The notes beneath the pieces were generated by a model that ran no database searches, was not told the origin of the DNA, and saw only the letters and a list, made by a program, of their open reading frames with translations. This document shows positions 55,709-64,000 of a stretch of DNA of 64,000 nt, piece after piece. Made by a program: the position numbers and the translations under genes. Each line of letters opens with the position of its first letter. Within the stretch, counting starts at the first letter, position 1. The stretch comes from the human T2T-CHM13v2.0 reference genome, Homo sapiens: the NCBI RefSeq assembly GCF_009914755.1, contig NC_060934.1, one strand, 5' to 3'.

Positions 55709-57736
55709 TTAGCAGAGTGCCCTAAGCATCACTCTGCTATGATTGTGATGTTTTGGATTCAATGAAATGCAATATATTTCATTGATTTGTTTCCTTTCAG
55801 TTTATGATGAGAAGAAAGGGGTGTCTGACACTGTGGAACCAGGTCTGCTGTGCAGCTATGAATACAAACATGGATCTTCCTCCCAAATATGACTACCAGC
55901 ACTGTCACACCCCTGTAGCCTGTTGGCCTGGTATTTATGTACAGCCACGGGCACTTCCTGGTTTCTCAGGAAATATCAAATTGGAAAACTGTGGTATCAG
56001 GGCGAGTGAGTCAGAGATCTGAGGTCCCACCTGAGCATGCCATGATATTGCAAGTTAGTTGCTTTGATTCACTCCCCCTTCCCACTGTACCCCTTAACAC
56101 CCTCAGGTCCATATGAAAGAAGATACCCTAGAAGAGTACATCTTCCCATCCTAACTCATTATCTTGCCTTTCCTTGATATCTCTCGCTTTTACAGAGGCC
56201 TGGGGTCTCCCCAGACCAATATTCCTTCATTGTTGATGGAATGTTATGTAAAAATAACATAGGTAATGGCTTGGGAAGAAAACACATAACCTAGCTGCTG
56301 CTGTTTTTTTTTTTTTTTTTTTTTCTTAAAAAAAAAAAAAGGTCTCACTCTCTTGCCCAGGCTGGAGTGCAGTGGTGCAATCATAGCTCACTGCAGCCTC
56401 AACTTCCCGGGCTCAAGCAATCTTAACCACCTCAGCCTCCTGAACTGCTGGGACCACAGGCACGCACCACCATACCCTGCTAATTTTGTTTGTCTAGCTT
56501 CTTGAGAATACAACTCATGATCCCAGGAAGCAAGGCTGGATGAGAGTTGGCCAAATTGGAGCATTCCAATCTTGGAAGAGGAGTGCCTAATTTACTCGAA
56601 AGCTTCAGTTATCTCCCAACTCTTGAAGAAATATGGCCCTGCATTCATTTCCTCTTGCCTCCACATATTTATTTTTTCCCTCTCCTTTGCCTCTTAACTA
56701 CCCCATTTATCTTCAAACATTTTCTCCTTTTCTTTTTCTTGACACTTTGAGGATCTTGTTGCATACCAAATAGCTTCAGACATTGACATCTCCTGTAATC
56801 CCAGCAGTTTGGGAGGCCGAGTCAGGCAGATCACCTGAGGTCAGGAGTTCAGCACCAGCCTGGCCAACTTGGCAAGACCCTGTCTCTACTAAAAATACAA
56901 AAATTAGGGCCAGGTGTGGTGGCTCACACCTGTAATCCTAGCACTTTGGGAGGCCGAGGTGGGCGGATCAGGAGGTCAGGAGTTCGACTCCAGCCTAGAC
57001 AACATGGTGAAATCCCGTCTCTACTAAAAATACAAAAATTAGCCAGGTGTGGTGGCACATGCCTGTAATCTCAGCTACTCGGGAGGCTGAGGCAGAATCA
57101 CTTGAACACCAGAGTCGGAGGCTGCAGTGCGCTGAGATCACACCACTGTACTGCAGCCTGGTCAAAAGAGTGAGAGTCCGTCTCCAAAAAAAATAATAAT
57201 AATAAAATTCTGATTTCCTCCTGACCTCTTCCAATATTCTTGCCCCATCTCTCTTACTGCCTTCCTCCTCCTGCACTGTAACTGTGGGCATCTCTGAGGC
57301 TCAGTTCTCAGGCACCTGCTCCTCTCCCCAGCTGTTCCTTCCCTCTGTACCTGAGCTGTATCTCAGTGATACAGCTATGGAGGTGGCTCACCTCCATACA
57401 GGCCCAGCTCTGATTTCTTCCTTGAGCTCCAACCCAAACTCCTACTGGCGTCTAAGATTTCAGTACTCTAGTTCTTTCCTCCACTGTGTTCCTCACCACC
57501 TTCCCCACGTCTTTGTCACCACAACCCTATGTCTTTCTCATAGTTTCCCCAACCAGAACTGTTCTCCTTGCTTCTCTCTGCCTATCCCAACTCCATTATT
57601 TCTTTAAGTTTCAGCCAAGTTCAAACATTTCCCTACAGTCTTTTCTAATAGCTCAAGCAAAAACTGGTCTTTCGGCTGGGCATAGTGGCTCACGTCTGTA
57701 ATCCCAGCACTTCGGGGGGCCGAGATGGGTGGATCA

Positions 57737-58018
<282 letters not shown>

Positions 58019-58029
58019 TCACGAGGTCA

Positions 58030-58314
<285 letters not shown>

Positions 58315-59151
58315 CTATGCTATACATACTTCTTTTGTATTTTGTCTCTTCAACTGATCTGCAAGCTCCTGCATGGCAGGTGTTTAAGAGTATAGTTGCC
58401 TTCTCTGGATACCTTCAATGCTTGGTACAATGCCAAGTACAGACATTAGTTAATAAACACCTGGTGGACTGCAATTAAAGGAGATATGGGATCTATGTGC
58501 TGGTATATTAATAATAAGCTTGAATACAGACTGTTGGAACAGATATCATGTTCACATGTTTGCAATGAAAAGAAATCTTGAATACCAGAGTCCTAAAAAC
58601 TTTGAGCTGTCTGTGTACTACTTCGCAAAAGTGCCTTCAAATCAATGCAGGTTTTTCTTATCTTGGGAGAAAGACAAAACAGAAGATTTTCCTGCTCCAC
58701 AGCAATTACTGTCCCAACTTTTAAGGGACTGCTTTCATATCCTTATCACCACTGCCCTCCTAAACTCCCTGTCATATGCTCTGTGCCCCTGCTCCTACCC
58801 TCCACCAACCTACCAAATGCAAAGGTCTTTCCCGAGTCCATATCCTCTCTTGCACCTTTGCACCTCTGCTGTCTATAATATAGTTGCAACCTCTGTTGGC
58901 AGCCTCCCTCTGACTTTCCTAACACTTTTTTTTTCTGTGCACTCTGCAGAGAAATACCTAACACTTTTCTGATATTCTAAATTCATCTTTGCAGACTCAA
59001 TCTACGGCTGTGCTTCTGCCTTCAAATGTGGTAATGCTGGAAAAGCATTCTAGGTGTCAAGAGAGCCAGATTCTATTCCTGCCCTAATCCTTGACCCAGT
59101 TACCTTGGAAACACATTTCAATTTCTCTGAGCTCTATCTCTTCATTTATAA

Positions 59152-59528
<377 letters not shown>

Positions 59529-61954
59529 TAACTCACATTTACATAATACATTTATGTCTATACACATACACATACACAAAGTATTACATGCTTACTTTTA
59601 CTACATAGAATGTAGTATGAAAGTTTTTTCTATTTACTTTTATTTTTCAGAACTGCTGATTGCAACCCCCAAACAGACTTCAAGACCCAGTCATGAGTGG
59701 CTACCCATTATTTACAAAAACATGGGATTGTGGCTATATAAGCTTCCTTCCAGTAATAACATAAGAGGCTCCTATTTTGTAGCCTTCCAACCCTGAACCT
59801 TTAGCCCTCTCTAGTTTTGTTTAGAGCCCTCTCTAGTTTCATAGTTTTCTCTGTAAGAGCTCTTCATTTAGATATCCTAATATTATTTACATGCAAAACA
59901 GGTAACGTGGAATTTGAAACACCAGGTCCCCTTCTCATCATAACCATGTATGTTATTAGCAAGTGCAAAACCCTAGTGCCCACACTTGGTCTAGTAATGG
60001 TAGAGTAGCTCACATTGTACTAATCTCCCTACTTATAACTACCAAAAACACTTTACAAGATTTATTTTTTTAACTTTTATTTACTTTTATTTTTCTAGAG
60101 ACGTGGTCTCACTCTGTCACCCAGGCTGCAGTATAGTGGCATCATCATAGCTCACTATAGCCTCGACCTGCCAGGCTCAAGTGATCCTCCCACCTCAGCC
60201 TTCTGACAGATATTTTAAAAAATAACTATATGCAGGCACTGAAAAGCAATCAAAAGCAGGCAGAATTTGGAGGGGATATGACTCAAAACAAGGGAAGCAA
60301 ACTAGGTAAGATGCACCTGTCTCCAGTCCTCCCCTCAGGGCACTCCCTAGTCTTTTAGGACGCCGGGAAATAAAGCAAAAGAAGAAAGCCCACATGGGGC
60401 AATCTTACTGGGCTGAGCAGCCAAAGGTTCCAGTCTGGGGGCTCTGAAGACATTAGCTATTAAGGGGGAAATCCTGGAAAACAGTAAGCCACAGAGAGGA
60501 GAGCCCCAAAATCTGTGCAGAAATGCCTCTCAATCCTTCAACTGTGCATGCAGGTGATGAGACTCCAAGGAACCCCGTGGAAAGCTGGAGGCCAGAAGAG
60601 CCCAGCAGATAGATCTTCACCAACTGTCTGGCTCTGGGAAGACACAGTTTGAAATTTGAGTCCCTCCAAGTTAGGAGGTTCAATAAACACTTCCAGTTTT
60701 CTGTTGAAACCTCCGAAGGGCCACACCTTAGGAATAAGGCCCACCTCTCAGAACTAGAGGTCCACACCCTAGGACTAAGAGCAAACCCCTAACAGACCTG
60801 CCCTAAAAAAACCTCAGATGGAGGCCTCAGGAGAATGACTGATCAGGCCGGTGAGAAAGGAAAGCCTGGGGGAAAACTTGGCTTCCTGCCTGGGGGAGAG
60901 GCTGGAGAGCAGCCACTGAACAGAGCTCTGTCTCAGATGGAGGAGGGGTGGCAAGGGGAAGACGGGAGAAGAGGAAGGGACAGGACATTCCACTTAGACA
61001 ATCAAACTTGAAGTGTTTACGGTCTAGGGTAGATGTCCAACAGGGAGCAGGGACTATCAATCTGGAACTCAGAGACGAAACCATGGAGTGACAGGTGGGT
61101 GGCGCAACTTATAAAGGGGAAGGGAGGTGGGCAGATAAAACACAAAGAAATGGCCATTTATGAGCACCTACTATGTTCCGGATATGTGACTGTTTTATTT
61201 TTCTATCTCATTATGAGAGAGGTATTATCTTCACTTTACAAATTGAGAATCCGAAGCTCCAAGAGGTTAAGTAATTTTTGTCAAGTTAAGGCCATTTAGT
61301 AAATGGTGGAGCTGAGATTTGAACTCAGGGCAGACCAACTCTGATGCTTGTTCCTTTGTGTAATTACACAGTGTTCCCTTGTAATATTCAGGAAGGGCAA
61401 TGGCGTGAGAGAGCTAACAAAGAACGTTAGAATGCTGAAAGATTTCTAGTAAAGACAGAATTTGTTATAGGTCAAGAAGGATATTAGGGGTACAAAAAGG
61501 GGTGAACTAAATATGAATATACTTTCAAAAGTTAAGTCCTCAAAGATAAAGAGAGTTGTAGAAATGGAAATGATATTGGGTGGAACCGAGCTGGTTTCAG
61601 GGAGATCAGAGGGCACATTACAACACTGCAGAGAGAAGGGTTTCACTCCTGTTAAGTCAAACAGAATAAACACACTTTGATTACAGTTGGGAGGCTTAAT
61701 ACAATAAGGAACTAAACATAGGAAACAAAGTTCACCAAAGGAACAGATGCGGGGGGAAGGGAAGAGGAACAATACAAAAACCAATATAAAGAATCACAGA
61801 ATCAGACTTTTTTCTTTTTTAGCTGGAAGGAATTTAGAAGTTATCCAGTCCCTATCATTTCAGAGAGAAAATGCACCTAGGAAAAAATGACTAGCTGCTA
61901 AAAACCTCAGCCTCCCAACTAAAGCTGGGTTTGGTTTCATTTTTGTCTTTATAG

Positions 61955-62035
61955 GTGCAGGTTAAGAGCCTGTTAGGTCCAAAATGGTGCCCCAGAAATT
62001 CAAGTTAAGTCAAGCCCATGTTGGAAGACCACCAG
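61955..62035 (+). ncRNA. Candidate exon of an antisense lncRNA (possibly DNMBP-AS1)
   Basis: Good acceptor tttcatttttgtctttatag| and donor CAG|gtaaac; upstream + strand donor CAG|gtgggt at 61094/61095. The link to DNMBP-AS1 is only from memory of the locus. Confidence 0.3.
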
Positions 62036-62578
62036 GTAAACCACCGGCCATCCCAGGACCATAGCAGGCTTATCTTTTCAGTCTGTGGTGGCCCCTAGTA
62101 CAAATCTAACCAGCCAGCCCATTCTGAAGGAGACCTAGACGAGAAACTTTCTACTTAAGGGGAGGGCATGAGATGGATTTTTCAGATCATTCACATTCTC
62201 TGACTAACCTTTATCCTCTGGTCACAGCCTGGACCCCAAAATTGGCCAGAACCAGAAAGGCCGTTTGGCATGAAGACAACATACAGCATACACACACACG
62301 AAAGGTTTAACAGAGAGTTCAGTAATTATAAAAATAACACAGTAGAAATAAAGCTCACTTATGAGAACTGAAGAAAAGATATAATGGCAAGAAAGAAAGA
62401 ACCTCTACATGATAAAAGACTCCTAATATTCTCATTTCACAGACAACGTAGTTAAGGCTCAGTGAGATGAAGTGATTTGAAAGCTAGAAATAATCTTCTG
62501 GAATCCACAAGAGTGTCAGTACTCATCATTCACTTAAGATTCCTGAATGTCAAGGAGTGAACAATCTATAAAACAAAT

Positions 62579-63127
<549 letters not shown>

Positions 63128-63402
63128 TTAGAGACATCTGAAAAAACCAGGAAGCGTAAATAAAAGTTCCCATGAGAGCGCTATCCGAATGTTGCATATT
63201 TTTAGCACTGTATATATACTCTTGCTCTGTACAATGCCTTCCAAAGTAATTAAATCTCTAAGGTTGTTCTCACTCAAGGTGCACTTGATAAGAAGTTCAG
63301 GGCCCGGGCTCCTTAAGAACACAAGTGCTCCTAGTACCTGGTATAACTACCCTTTAAATCTATCTTTATGCTTTATCTTAAGAAGGCTGGCTGAGTTCAT
63401 AC

Positions 63403-64000
63403 CTTGGGTTTTCTTCCTGTTTTGCACGAACTCTGAGCGCCTCAGGGTGCTGGGTGCTGTGCGGCGGAGGCAACTATTCCTTCTCCAAGTCTCTGGGCCA
63501 TTTAATTTTTTCTCTTCCTCTAAATGCCAGATGTTCTTCTCTAATGACGAGCTCTGAGGAATCCCCAAATGATGTCCTCCTTGTTCTCCCCTGGTACACT
63601 GAGTCTGCAGACCATCCAGAAGGATCCTGCTGCCCCCATGTGCCTTTGTTCTTGGTATGTCAGTGCCATTATACTCCAAATTCTCCATTTGATGGAGAGA
63701 ATCTGTCCCTCTGGAATTACGAGATTTATATGCACAGTTTGCAAATAAAGCATCATAGCCTTTATTTTCTGTATCAAAATCACCCTGATCCATAATATGA
63801 GTCTTTGCTTTGGGATACATGTTGTCATTTTGATGAACATTCCTGTCCCCTTCATGGTATTTGATAAATTCCTTATCTTCATTGACACCATTCGAATCTG
63901 AAAAGCTCACAGGCTGACCATCAGGATAACTCCCAGGAACATGATATAAATTGCTGTGTTCTCTACAATAAAAATTAGTTGCCCAACAATCCTCAAGATT
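63403..64000 (-). CDS. DNMBP: Probable alternative large N-terminal coding exon of DNMBP, truncated by the window edge
   Basis: Frame is stop-free from 64000 (NLEDCWATNFYCREH...) for 199 codons to donor CAA G|gtatga (phase 1, in frame with exon 5); not repeat-derived. Confidence 0.7.

Noticed and set aside
59803-59839. Small direct repeats (agccctctctagttt x2; also ~50448-50510) and the T-run/A-run at 56304-56340
   Set aside because: Ordinary slippage products with no functional context.
63128-63402. Continuation of the 63347..63910 ORF to its stop and the downstream 63128..63322 ORF as coding or read-through
   Set aside because: The in-phase donor at 63403 explains the frame; donor-like sites further on (GG|gtagtt phase 2, CAG|gtacta past the stop) do not fit exon 5.

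Overview
Human-type (hominid) genomic DNA, very rich in Alu repeats. It holds the 3' two-thirds of DNMBP (Tuba, a Cdc42 GEF/BAR/SH3 scaffold) on the minus strand. I traced 13 consecutive coding exons with canonical GT-AG ends and consistent phases, from 42934 down to the TGA at 10886. They encode DH, BAR, SH3, a Ser/Pro-rich linker and a C-terminal SH3 (823 aa from the ATG at 42932), followed by a ~1.6 kb 3'UTR with AATAAA at 9326-9331. The large upstream intron contains two non-repeat open frames (47741-47864 and 63403 to the window end), each ending in a phase-1 donor in frame with the 42934 exon: probable alternative N-termini lacking the dynamin-binding SH3 array. Other points: an 18-nt frame-preserving microexon with an SRRM3/4-type UGC signature in the DH domain, a full-length SVA_F-type insertion, the 5' half of a decayed L1PA, a 245-bp local duplication, a ~55-nt double-hairpin poly(A)-tailed insertion, an AP-1/CRE/E-box cluster in a MaLR LTR, and a Trp codon at residue 1413. 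Most ORFs in the supplied track are Alu, L1 or SVA artefacts. I cannot show a wholly new system from sequence alone; the best leads are the alternative N-terminal exons, the microexon, the hairpin insertion and an unexplained coding-like relic at 6.8-7.6 kb. Repeat boundaries and subfamily names are by eye and approximate. Exon numbers assume the 17-exon model as I recall it.
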